In this document: piece after piece, positions 8,322 to 16,818 of the stretch
How the letters are laid out: the number at the start of each line of letters is the position of its first letter
How positions within the stretch are numbered: position 1 is the stretch's first letter
From: a virus
Length of the DNA: 64,000 bases
Reading direction: 5' to 3' (one strand)
IMG/VR virus record: IMGVR_UViG_3300028836_000025
Span: 3,552 to 67,551 of that record
Translations under genes and position numbers: made by a program
The notes under the pieces: model-generated
Told to the model about the DNA's origin: nothing
Database searches by the model: none
What the model saw: only the letters and a program-made list of their open reading frames with translations

Positions 8322-8672
8322 ATGGGATTATTTAGCTGGAAAACACAAGACACAGATGAAAGCATACCTGCTAGCGGATCAACCCGTGAATCATTCACAG
8401 TTTATATGAGTGACGGAAAAACTACTTGGAAAGAAGATAACTACGAAGGTTATGGAGAGTTCGGTGGAAAAGATTACTATGAACTCCTCGATGAAATGAA
8501 TGGAGGGAGTGGAGATCGTGGTGCAGGTATAGATTTAGCTTTTAATGAAAAAAGAGACGATGTAAAATTCCCCAGTTTAACCAGAAATGGCCACTTCTAC
8601 AATGAAGAGCCGCAGCAATGTGAGTACCAAGGATGGTTTTACGGAGATGAAGACGAAAATGAAGATTATTAA
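8322..8672 (+). CDS. hypothetical phage protein
   Basis: MGLFSW...YEGYGEFGGKDYYELL...QGWF pattern. Confidence 0.7.
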   Translation: MGLFSWKTQDTDESIPASGSTRESFTVYMSDGKTTWKEDNYEGYGEFGGKDYYELLDEMNGGSGDRGAGIDLAFNEKRDDVKFPSLTRNGHFYNEEPQQCEYQGWFYGDEDENEDY

Positions 8673-8685
8673 ATAAAGAATTATA

Positions 8686-8958
8686 ATGATAAGTACAACA
8701 CTAGGTTTACTAGTAGGAGGTATGATATGCTTTATAGGTGTTATGTTTGAAGAGTGGTCTAGTAAATTACCGGGCACAGCTTCCATAACAATAGTATACT
8801 CAGGTATACTTATAAGATTTATGACGGGGGTGTTTGCCTCTATCGCTATCATAGGCCTACTAGAGAACATTAACCTGAACCTATATCTAGCAACGCTAGG
8901 TGTAATGGTTTGTATGGTTCACCCAATAACAATATACGTAAAACAAAAAAGAAAATGA
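8686..8958 (+). CDS. membrane protein (about 3 TM helices)
   Basis: 90 aa, three hydrophobic stretches, basic C-terminus. Confidence 0.6.
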   Translation: MISTTLGLLVGGMICFIGVMFEEWSSKLPGTASITIVYSGILIRFMTGVFASIAIIGLLENINLNLYLATLGVMVCMVHPITIYVKQKRK

Positions 8959-9125
8959 GTAGAAGAAAAAATGGAGTTAAAAAAGATCGGGTGGCAAAGC
9001 TCGATGCGATCAACGCTATAGATAAAAAGGTAAAGCGTAAGATAGCAAAGATATCCGTCGAGGAGTTAGACAAGCTTATATCTAGACGTAGAATTCTTAC
9101 AGCCCAATTAAAAACTAGTAAATGA
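8955..9125 (+). CDS. small basic hypothetical protein
   Basis: Start likely at ATG 8955 (MSRRKNG...), ATGA overlap with the upstream stop. Confidence 0.55.
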   Translation: MSRRKNGVKKDRVAKLDAINAIDKKVKRKIAKISVEELDKLISRRRILTAQLKTSK

Positions 9126-9475
9126 AGAATTACTTAATAGACATCGATGGTACCGTGTGTGAGGATATTCCAAATGAAGAGTCTGAAAACTTTGCTACAG
9201 CTAAAGTATTTCCGGATGCTCTTACCACGTTAACTAAATGGTACAACGAGGGTCATACAGTAACATTTTTCACCGCACGAGAAGAGAAACACAGAAAAAC
9301 AACAGAAACATGGCTAAACAAAAATGGTTTTAAATACCACGGGTTAATAATGGATAAACCAAGAGGTGGAAACTATCACTGGATAGATAACCTTAAAGTG
9401 CAAGCTACACAGTATTTAGGCAAATTTACTGAGCTTACAAAAGAAAATAAACTAATAGAAGTATTTGAAAACTAA
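9122..9475 (+). CDS. HAD-superfamily phosphatase (capless)
   Basis: Motif I LIDIDGTV, motif II FTAR, KP, motif IV WIDN. Confidence 0.85.
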   Translation: MKNYLIDIDGTVCEDIPNEESENFATAKVFPDALTTLTKWYNEGHTVTFFTAREEKHRKTTETWLNKNGFKYHGLIMDKPRGGNYHWIDNLKVQATQYLGKFTELTKENKLIEVFEN

Positions 9476-10232
9476 AATGAAAAGCTATAATATTAAAAAC
9501 TACATACGATACAAGAATGATGTATCAAAGGCTATTTTACGCCTAGACGATAAACCCTGGGAAGATTACACTCGAGACGAACTCATAGTGAAATTCTTAC
9601 CCCTAGTAGAAAACCTATCTCGTAAATTCTCTACAGCCCAACAGGCTAGTGGAGTTATGGATATTACAGATCTCATCCAAGACGGGAGTCGAGGGTTGAT
9701 AGCGGCGGTAGACAAAATCGTTTGGGAGACAGTGCTTGAGGCTGAAGATCCAGAAAAGCGTCTGAAGTCCTTCTTATCTAAACGGGTTAAAGGTGCTATA
9801 CGAAGAGCTATAGACATAAACCGCGGTACGATGCGTATTCCTGAACATAGGATAAACGAGATGCGAAAGAACAACTCAGGTGATAGAAAAGCTATTGAAG
9901 AGTTTTTCAACTCTGTATTCGTTAGCTTAGATGAGTTAGTTAGTAACTCAGACACCACGTATGACATACCCGACAATATCAAGAACTATAACCCAGATCT
10001 ACTGACTTCATATATATTAAGTTTACTTCGCACCCACCTATCTAATGATGAGGCTGAGGTCGTGATATTAAGCTACGGGCTTAACTGCGATCGTATATCT
10101 GCTAAAGCTATTGCTAGGAAACTTGGCATAAGAGGGAACAGCGCTTACGTGCGTGTTTCTCAGATGAAAAGGCAGGCGATAGATAAACTTATAAACAACG
10201 TAGAATACTCGCAAGTGGTTGACTTCCTGTAG
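9465..10232 (+). CDS. phage sigma70-family RNA polymerase sigma factor
   Basis: Region 2 (LPLVENLSRKF, DLIQDGSRGLIAAVDK, GAIRRAID), MRIPEH, region 4 HTH (VRVSQMKRQAIDKL). Confidence 0.88.
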   Translation: MKTKMKSYNIKNYIRYKNDVSKAILRLDDKPWEDYTRDELIVKFLPLVENLSRKFSTAQQASGVMDITDLIQDGSRGLIAAVDKIVWETVLEAEDPEKRLKSFLSKRVKGAIRRAIDINRGTMRIPEHRINEMRKNNSGDRKAIEEFFNSVFVSLDELVSNSDTTYDIPDNIKNYNPDLLTSYILSLLRTHLSNDEAEVVILSYGLNCDRISAKAIARKLGIRGNSAYVRVSQMKRQAIDKLINNVEYSQVVDFL

Positions 10233-10302
10233 GTTAGTGAAGCGAACCAATGTAAAAATGTAAAAATCTGTGTAATTATATATATACACAAACCCAATAC
10301 CA

Positions 10303-10860
10303 ATGAATGAATTAAATAACAAATTAGCTCAAGTCCAAACGAAGTTGAAGGCCAAGAAATCTTGCTACAACTCCTTTGGCAAATACTATTTTCGCAAAAG
10401 CGAAGATATACTAGAAGCGATAAAACCGTTTCTCCTCGAGCTCGATGTATCTGTCATATTAAAAGAACAGATCGTAGCCACAGAACCTGTGCCTATGCTC
10501 GAGACCACAGCAATTTTCTCGGATGGCAATAATCAAATTGCCGCTACAGCTATTGTAGGCGTAGACCTTAATCAAAAAGGGATGCAGACCTCTCAGCAGT
10601 TTGGTGCCGCAAGTACTTACGGAAAGAAGTACGCGTTAGGTAATCTATTATTAATAGACGATACCGAAGACGCAGACGCATCTAATAAGCACGGGAAGAA
10701 TACCGCAGCGAAAGTCGCCGCAAAACCCAAAGAAAAATTAACTAAAGGCAGTGAGAAATTTAAGCTAGCAAAAGCTTATATAGAAAAAGGTGGAGATATC
10801 AGTGCTATTAAAGGTAAATATGATATGTCCGCGGCTGTCGAAAAAGAATTAACTTCATGA
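10303..10860 (+). CDS. ERF-family single-strand annealing protein
   Basis: NSFGKYYFR..EDILEAIKP and Q.FGAASTYGKKYALGNLLLIDD...D ERF signature. Confidence 0.88.
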   Translation: MNELNNKLAQVQTKLKAKKSCYNSFGKYYFRKSEDILEAIKPFLLELDVSVILKEQIVATEPVPMLETTAIFSDGNNQIAATAIVGVDLNQKGMQTSQQFGAASTYGKKYALGNLLLIDDTEDADASNKHGKNTAAKVAAKPKEKLTKGSEKFKLAKAYIEKGGDISAIKGKYDMSAAVEKELTS

Positions 10861-11594
10861 TAGACAAAAAGGTGTTAGATAGGTTGAGGAACGACGAGGA
10901 CTACTATGGCGAATTTGGCCAGCAGTTCTTAAGCAACTCAAACATAAGGACTCTGTTGAGTAACCCTGCAGATCTTCGCGTACCTACACCAGATAACCCC
11001 AATTTTAAAATCGGTGGATACTTCCATACGATGATATTAGAACCAGAGAAAATAGAATCTTTTAAAATAATAGATGCTACAACTCGCAATACAAAAAAAT
11101 ACAAAGACGAAGCACAAGGTAAAGTTTGTATCTTACAACACGAAGTAAACAACGTAGAAGTTATGGTTAAAACACTACTCAATAATTCTATCTGTAAAGA
11201 TCTAATTAAGCCTTTATTAGGTGATGTAGTATATGAAGAACCCGGGGTAGTAGAGCTATTCGGGAATATGTGGAAAGGAAAAGCAGATATAATAAACCAC
11301 GATGAAAAACTCGTGATAGATCTGAAGACTACCGGAGACATAGATAACTTTAAATGGTCTGCCTCTAAGTTCAACTATGACAGTCAAGCATACATATATA
11401 AAAAACTGTTTGGGTACGATATGCTATTTATAGCTATAGACAAAACCACTAAGCAGATAGGTATATTTGACTGTTCAGATCGGTTCTACGAGACTGGAGA
11501 AGAGAAAGTTGTAAAAGCTACAGAGGTCTATGATTTATTCTATAAATCTAAAGACTTCGATCGAGACCAGTATTTAATATCAAAAACACTTTAA
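10857..11594 (+). CDS. PD-(D/E)XK exonuclease (RecE/exonuclease VIII, DUF3799-like)
   Basis: LSNS, G..FH..ILEP, KGKADI, IDLKTT, Y..QA..Y; next to the ERF gene. Confidence 0.85.
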   Translation: MIDKKVLDRLRNDEDYYGEFGQQFLSNSNIRTLLSNPADLRVPTPDNPNFKIGGYFHTMILEPEKIESFKIIDATTRNTKKYKDEAQGKVCILQHEVNNVEVMVKTLLNNSICKDLIKPLLGDVVYEEPGVVELFGNMWKGKADIINHDEKLVIDLKTTGDIDNFKWSASKFNYDSQAYIYKKLFGYDMLFIAIDKTTKQIGIFDCSDRFYETGEEKVVKATEVYDLFYKSKDFDRDQYLISKTL

Positions 11595-11623
11595 AATTTA
11601 TAAACCCTTAAAACCATAAAACA

Positions 11624-11815
11624 ATGGGAAGATTTAAACAAAAGACCTGTTCTATTTCAGGCAAACGATTCAGAGCGACCTCTGAGAACTTCTATGTTAA
11701 CTCTAATGCGCAGGATAACTTCCATCCGTATCACAAGAGTTTTGACAACTTTAGGAGAACCACTGGAGCTAGCGTAGCGCAGTGTAGAAAATTAGTTAAC
11801 TTAATGAACGCATAA
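11624..11815 (+). CDS. small hypothetical protein, possible degenerate Zn ribbon
   Basis: KTCSISGK...FY...H pattern. Confidence 0.55.
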   Translation: MGRFKQKTCSISGKRFRATSENFYVNSNAQDNFHPYHKSFDNFRRTTGASVAQCRKLVNLMNA

Positions 11816-11817
11816 CA

Positions 11818-12141
11818 ATGGCAAGTATTATTAAAACAAGTATCAACTTGGCAAACGTCCCCAAAGACAAAATCATCAACGGTAAAAAAGGTAAATATCT
11901 ACCTATCACTATTACCATCAACGATGACATAGATCAGTTTGGGAATCAAGGACCAGTAGTTGTAGACCAAACTAAAGATGAGCGCGATGCTAAAGTAGCA
12001 AAGACATATCTTGGGAACTGTAAGGTTGTATGGACAAACGGAGAAAACGTGGACCCCGCTCCCTTCGAAGGGGGCAAACAAGCCCCCGCTGCCACTCCTG
12101 CGACTGCGGCTGTAGAACCAGAAGTAGACCTGCCATTCTAA
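11818..12141 (+). CDS. single-stranded DNA-binding protein (putative)
   Basis: GKKGKYL...DQFGN..., acidic tail ending DLPF; sits between recombination genes and primase. Confidence 0.7.
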   Translation: MASIIKTSINLANVPKDKIINGKKGKYLPITITINDDIDQFGNQGPVVVDQTKDERDAKVAKTYLGNCKVVWTNGENVDPAPFEGGKQAPAATPATAAVEPEVDLPF

Positions 12142-12142
12142 A

Positions 12143-13858
12143 ATGAATGTAGAAAATCGAGAGATCAATGGATTTTTGATTGACCAATTCAATCAACATG
12201 GTCTTGAAGAAGGTGCGACGCAGGGGACTTGTCCCCTGTGTTCGTCTTCCAGGAAACCTGAGAATAGAAAAGCAAAATGCTCTAGCTATGATTGGGAACG
12301 TGGTCTCGGTACTTGTCACAATTGCGACACTAGTTTTCAACTACACACATATCAACGCAAAGGCGCTAGCGAAAAGGTTTATACAAGACCTCAAACGGTA
12401 GCATCTAACAAGATATACACAAAAGTCGAAGACTGGTTTAAAGCTAGAGGTATATCTACGCAAACCCTACTAGACCTACGCGTAAGCGAAGGTAAAGAAT
12501 GGATGCCTCAGACAAGTAAAGAGGAGAATACCATACAGTTTAATTACTTTATGGGTGACCAACTCATTAATATTAAATATAGAGATGGTAGAAAGAACTT
12601 CAAGTTATACAAGGGTGCTGAAAAGGTCTTTTACAACATAAACAGTGTTGTAGGGTTTGACTGGTGCGTTATAACAGAAGGTGAAATGGACGTGCTAGCC
12701 TTACACGAGGCAGGTATAACGAATGTGATCTCAGTTCCTAACGGAGCTACGCTGAACTCGAACAACTTAGACTACCTAGACAATTGTATAGATTATCTAG
12801 AAGATAAAACCAAGATTGTTCTTGCAGTAGATGCCGACGAGGCTGGTCAAGCTCTTAGACAAGAGTTTATCCGGAGGTTGGGAGCTGAGGTTTGCTTTCT
12901 AGTTGATTTCAATGGGAACAAAGACGCTAACGATTATCTGTTAGCTCATGGGACGAACGCCCTCCGTGAAGTAATATATAAAGCTTCACAAGTGCCTCTT
13001 GAGGGTGTATCAACACTACGAGATGTAGAGGGCGAGTTAATCGACTTTGTTAAACATGGGTTTAAACCAGGTTTTCAGGTTGGGCTAGAGAACTTCGATA
13101 AGATATTTTCTACATATACCTCACAGTTTATTACTGTAACGGGTATACCCAGTTCAGGCAAGTCAGACTTCGTGGATCAGATGTGCATAGGATATAATAA
13201 AAACTATCAATGGAAGACGGCGTTTGCCTCACCAGAGAATCAACCTATACACCTACATGTCCACAAGTTGATGCGGAAGGTATGGGAGGACCTACCTACG
13301 CCAGGAGATATTGGCGGCGCTAAATGGGACCAAGTATCAGATCACGTTAATGACAACTTCTACTTTATGGATATGGATAAGTATTCTCTTGAGGCTGTCT
13401 TACGTAAAGGTGCTGAACTCGTGAAACGCAAAGGTATTAAATGTCTTGTAATAGACCCCTTTAATAAAGTTAGAGACAGGAACGCTAGTTCAGATGACGT
13501 TAACAAGTATACGTTAGAATATTTAGAGAAAATAGAAATCTTCGCTAAGAAGTATGACGTACTAGTTATAGTAGTAGCTCACCCTACTAAGATGTATAAA
13601 GGTAGTGATGGTAAGATTGAAGAACCAACTATGTATAACATCAAAGGTGGAGGCGAGTGGTACGATGCTAGCTATCACGGCTTGCTGGTCCACCGCGACT
13701 ACGAGGCTAGGACAGTTAAATGTAAAGTACTTAAAGTTAAGTTTCAGAACTTAGGAGAGAACGGGGCCGAGGCTCATTTTAACTGGGAGCCTAGATCTGG
13801 TAGCTTTTTACCAATAGCTTCTGAAGTAATTGAAGAAGGAACTTTACCATGGGAATAA
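12143..13858 (+). CDS. primase-helicase (T7 gp4/Twinkle-like)
   Basis: Zn finger CPLC...CHNC; TOPRIM ITEGEMD, DADEAG, KDAND; SF4 helicase GIPSSGKS, LVIDP, VVAHP. Confidence 0.93.
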   Translation: MNVENREINGFLIDQFNQHGLEEGATQGTCPLCSSSRKPENRKAKCSSYDWERGLGTCHNCDTSFQLHTYQRKGASEKVYTRPQTVASNKIYTKVEDWFKARGISTQTLLDLRVSEGKEWMPQTSKEENTIQFNYFMGDQLINIKYRDGRKNFKLYKGAEKVFYNINSVVGFDWCVITEGEMDVLALHEAGITNVISVPNGATLNSNNLDYLDNCIDYLEDKTKIVLAVDADEAGQALRQEFIRRLGAEVCFLVDFNGNKDANDYLLAHGTNALREVIYKASQVPLEGVSTLRDVEGELIDFVKHGFKPGFQVGLENFDKIFSTYTSQFITVTGIPSSGKSDFVDQMCIGYNKNYQWKTAFASPENQPIHLHVHKLMRKVWEDLPTPGDIGGAKWDQVSDHVNDNFYFMDMDKYSLEAVLRKGAELVKRKGIKCLVIDPFNKVRDRNASSDDVNKYTLEYLEKIEIFAKKYDVLVIVVAHPTKMYKGSDGKIEEPTMYNIKGGGEWYDASYHGLLVHRDYEARTVKCKVLKVKFQNLGENGAEAHFNWEPRSGSFLPIASEVIEEGTLPWE

Positions 13859-14499
13859 TGAAAACAAAATTTAAAAACGCAAATGAAGCATATAATTACT
13901 TTCACGATCAAATTATTAGAATCGGTGTGGACTTCGCTGACACACGCGCTCTATTTAATATCGGCTTCACGCTTATGGAACCGCTTCAAAACGAAATTCA
14001 TAACAAAGAAAGGAAATGGAGCTTAAGATACGCTGAAGCTGAATGGCTATGGTATTTATCCGCAAACCCAAGCATAAAAGCTTTGGGTGATATATACGGC
14101 AAAATACCTGCCATATGGAAGCGCATGGCAGACGGGGAAGGGAACGTAAACTCAAATTACGGTTGGCAAATAATCAGGAACGATCAAATGAAAAAGGTTG
14201 TTGATTTGATAAAAGCGAATCCCGACACCCGTCAAGCTGCAGTCTCCATATATGACGGAAAGGAAATAGATAAGTACAAAACAGACACACCCTGTACGTA
14301 CGCAATTCAGTTTACTGTATTAAACGATAGACTAAACATGTGCGTTACAATGAGATCTAACGATCTTTGGTACGGGTTCTGTAATGACCAATTCTGTTTT
14401 TCCGAACTGCAGCGATATGTAGCAGAAGCTACAGGGTACAAAATTGGTGAATACTACCACTTTGCCCACAATTTACACTTATACAATAATAAAATATGA
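13849..14499 (+). CDS. thymidylate synthase-family enzyme, dCMP hydroxymethylase/methylase-like
   Basis: Catalytic PCT, MRSND, NLHLY; NSNYGW and GFCND segments resemble T4 gp42 rather than ThyA. Confidence 0.82.
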   Translation: MGIMKTKFKNANEAYNYFHDQIIRIGVDFADTRALFNIGFTLMEPLQNEIHNKERKWSLRYAEAEWLWYLSANPSIKALGDIYGKIPAIWKRMADGEGNVNSNYGWQIIRNDQMKKVVDLIKANPDTRQAAVSIYDGKEIDKYKTDTPCTYAIQFTVLNDRLNMCVTMRSNDLWYGFCNDQFCFSELQRYVAEATGYKIGEYYHFAHNLHLYNNKI

Positions 14500-14669
14500 A
14501 ACACCTAAAAGACCATGGATTAAACTACTTTCAGCATATGGGTGTGGCATTTTGTTACGCGATAGAACTAGCTTTCATGCTAGTAGCCGCGATCATACAC
14601 GGGCTTTTCCCGTTTGTGCTCAAGACATACGTCACCGATAGAATGAAAGAATTAATAAACCAAGAATGA
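14496..14669 (+). CDS. small membrane protein, DUF6356-like (57 aa, not in ORF track)
   Basis: MKHLKDHGLNYFQHMGVAF...AAIIHGLFPF; ATGA overlaps at both ends. Confidence 0.6.
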   Translation: MKHLKDHGLNYFQHMGVAFCYAIELAFMLVAAIIHGLFPFVLKTYVTDRMKELINQE

Positions 14670-15022
14670 TGAAAAATTTAATAACAATAGCGTTTATGCT
14701 GGCATGTTCAGCCATAAGCGCGCAAGACACGACTTGTGTTATGATTACACAAAACGAGATAATAAACTTCGACTATCAAACTAGCGTAGTAATAGACCGA
14801 GAGCCCATTGGGGACGCGATCTTGCTACGAGTTAAAGAAACAGAAGTCCTTTGTTTACACCTACATGATTTAAAGCGAAGGTTCAGAGATGTCACAACCG
14901 CTTTTGATGATGGTGATTATCGTTACGATACTTTTAAAAGTAAAGACGATGTATACTACACCCCATTTGGGTTTGGTGGCATGGTTGTTACGATCGGCCC
15001 ACCTAGAAAAACGAGAAACTAA
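14666..15022 (+). CDS. Sec-exported hypothetical protein
   Basis: Signal peptide MMKNLITIAFMLACSAISA|Q. Confidence 0.65.
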   Translation: MMKNLITIAFMLACSAISAQDTTCVMITQNEIINFDYQTSVVIDREPIGDAILLRVKETEVLCLHLHDLKRRFRDVTTAFDDGDYRYDTFKSKDDVYYTPFGFGGMVVTIGPPRKTRN

Positions 15023-15918
15023 TGACGTACTGCATATACCATATACCAGGAAAGAAAATAGGCGTAACGAATGACATAACAAACAGACTTGTGAACGAAC
15101 AAGGTTATTCTGAAGATGATATCGAGATTCTAGAGATGTCTGATAGTTTTGACTACGTCTCTACTAGAGAGATAGAGCTACAAAAACAATTCGGGTATAG
15201 AGTAGAAACACTACTGTATAAAGATTTAAACACTAATAATATAACCCAATTAAAGAAAATGGATATAAACGTAACAGACCAGACAACCACCTTCCCGTGT
15301 CCGGTTAACAAGCTTAAGGGTAGGCTCATGGATGAAATGGGTATGTCGTGGGTAACCAACGAGGGTAAATGCACTATAAGCATGGACTCTATAAGGTACA
15401 TAATGGCGCACGTTCAAACGTCCCAATACACCAAAGAGAGATGCTTTATATATAACAAAGCCCTCGTTAAACACATTAGTGTCGCGCCACCACCTAAGGT
15501 GTTAGATAAAAACACCGGCACTGGTAGAAAATCTCGAGACAAAGATTACTACAGCAAGAGATCTTCGCCTGCTAGGGTGGCGAGTTGTGACACGGATGGT
15601 TTATTTGCCGCACAGGTGTCAAACATGCGGATGTTCGATGCGATTCGAGCTTGGGCTAAGGAAAGAGGTTTGTACGACAAAGGTGATACTAAGACCCAGT
15701 ACTTAAAACTTATGGAAGAAGCCGGAGAGCTTGGTAGAGCTATATTAAAGAGTGATCAGCCAGAGATTGAAGACGCTATAGGTGACATGGTTGTGGTATT
15801 AACTAACCTAGCCCACTTAGCGGGAACATCAATTGAAGAGTGTACCAATGGAGCGTATTCAGTTATAAGTAAGCGCACCGGGAAAATGGTTAATGGGACA
15901 TTTGTAAAAGACAAATAA
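15022..15918 (+). CDS. fusion: GIY-YIG-like N-terminus + MazG-like NTP pyrophosphohydrolase
   Basis: N-terminal YCIYHIPGKKIGVT; C-terminal KLMEEAGEL...EDAIGDMVVVL MazG/dUTPase all-alpha motif. Confidence 0.78.
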   Translation: MTYCIYHIPGKKIGVTNDITNRLVNEQGYSEDDIEILEMSDSFDYVSTREIELQKQFGYRVETLLYKDLNTNNITQLKKMDINVTDQTTTFPCPVNKLKGRLMDEMGMSWVTNEGKCTISMDSIRYIMAHVQTSQYTKERCFIYNKALVKHISVAPPPKVLDKNTGTGRKSRDKDYYSKRSSPARVASCDTDGLFAAQVSNMRMFDAIRAWAKERGLYDKGDTKTQYLKLMEEAGELGRAILKSDQPEIEDAIGDMVVVLTNLAHLAGTSIEECTNGAYSVISKRTGKMVNGTFVKDK

Positions 15919-15919
15919 T

Positions 15920-16207
15920 ATGAGCGATAGAGAAATAATGAATGCCAAGGGCGGCAAAGCCCGTTACGAGCATACTAAAACAGCTAAACGTAAAACGCTT
16001 AATTTCAGAGACCCCGTTGTAGAGCGGGTCTGCACTAAGTTTATTGAGCGATCTGACTTAGGGCTTGAAAAATATGGGCGTACGCTACACGACGAAAGAA
16101 CAGGTGGTCATAAAGACTTACTCGGATATCTCACAGATGTTCAAGAGGAGTTGATGGATGCAATTTTATATATCCAAGCCGCCAGAGAAGACCTGCTCGA
16201 TGGGTAG
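15920..16207 (+). CDS. small all-alpha nucleotide pyrophosphohydrolase-like protein
   Basis: RS..GLEKYG.TL...QEELMDAILY (EExxD) pattern. Confidence 0.6.
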   Translation: MSDREIMNAKGGKARYEHTKTAKRKTLNFRDPVVERVCTKFIERSDLGLEKYGRTLHDERTGGHKDLLGYLTDVQEELMDAILYIQAAREDLLDG

Positions 16208-16688
16208 AAAAACAACGTTTAAAACCAAGAGTAGAAAAAGAGGTCCAGTGAGGTCTAAGAAGGTTTCCTATGATGGGATAACCTTCGCCTCCGGGCTGGA
16301 GAAGTACATGTATATGGCGCTACAGAAAGCTAAGATCAAATGCGAGTACGAGGGTGAAACCTTCGTTTTGCAAGATGGCTTTATGTGTGATCTACAGTGT
16401 TACGAGCGGCAAGGTAACGGGAAGGGTAATATGGTAAACCGAGGGGAAAAGAAAATATTACCTATAAGATACACCCCCGATTTCCTTGGAGATGGATTTA
16501 TAATAGAAACTAAAGGTAGGGCAAATGAAAGTTTCCCTTTACGGTGGAAGATGTTTAAAAAGCAGGTAAATGCTGACCGACCACATGTAACTTTATATAA
16601 ACCTCAAAACCAAAAAGAATGCGATAAAGTTATAGAATTAATATTAAATAAAAGAAAAGATGAGAAAAATAATAGGTTGGGAAATTAG
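16200..16688 (+). CDS. T7 endonuclease I-like Holliday junction resolvase
   Basis: FASGLE, YE, YTPDF, IIETKG; start reassigned to ATG 16200. Confidence 0.82.
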   Translation: MGRKTTFKTKSRKRGPVRSKKVSYDGITFASGLEKYMYMALQKAKIKCEYEGETFVLQDGFMCDLQCYERQGNGKGNMVNRGEKKILPIRYTPDFLGDGFIIETKGRANESFPLRWKMFKKQVNADRPHVTLYKPQNQKECDKVIELILNKRKDEKNNRLGN

Positions 16689-16818
16689 TCTAGGATTTTA
16701 CCCAGGAATGCTACTAGGATTTAGATCCTATATAGACGATAGTGATAAAAGTAATCACGTGTTATATCTACCGTTTGTAGATGTTTGTTTAACCCTACAC
16801 ACTGCACCTAATGGCTAG
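16660..16818 (+). CDS. small hypothetical protein (52 aa, not in ORF track)
   Basis: MRKIIGWEISLGFYPGMLLGFRSY...HVLYLPFVDVCL; fills the gap before RNR. Confidence 0.5.
   Translation: MRKIIGWEISLGFYPGMLLGFRSYIDDSDKSNHVLYLPFVDVCLTLHTAPNG

Noticed and set aside
13849-14499. Plain thyA annotation
   Set aside because: The specificity residue is Asp and flanking motifs resemble dCMP hydroxymethylase; gene symbol withheld.
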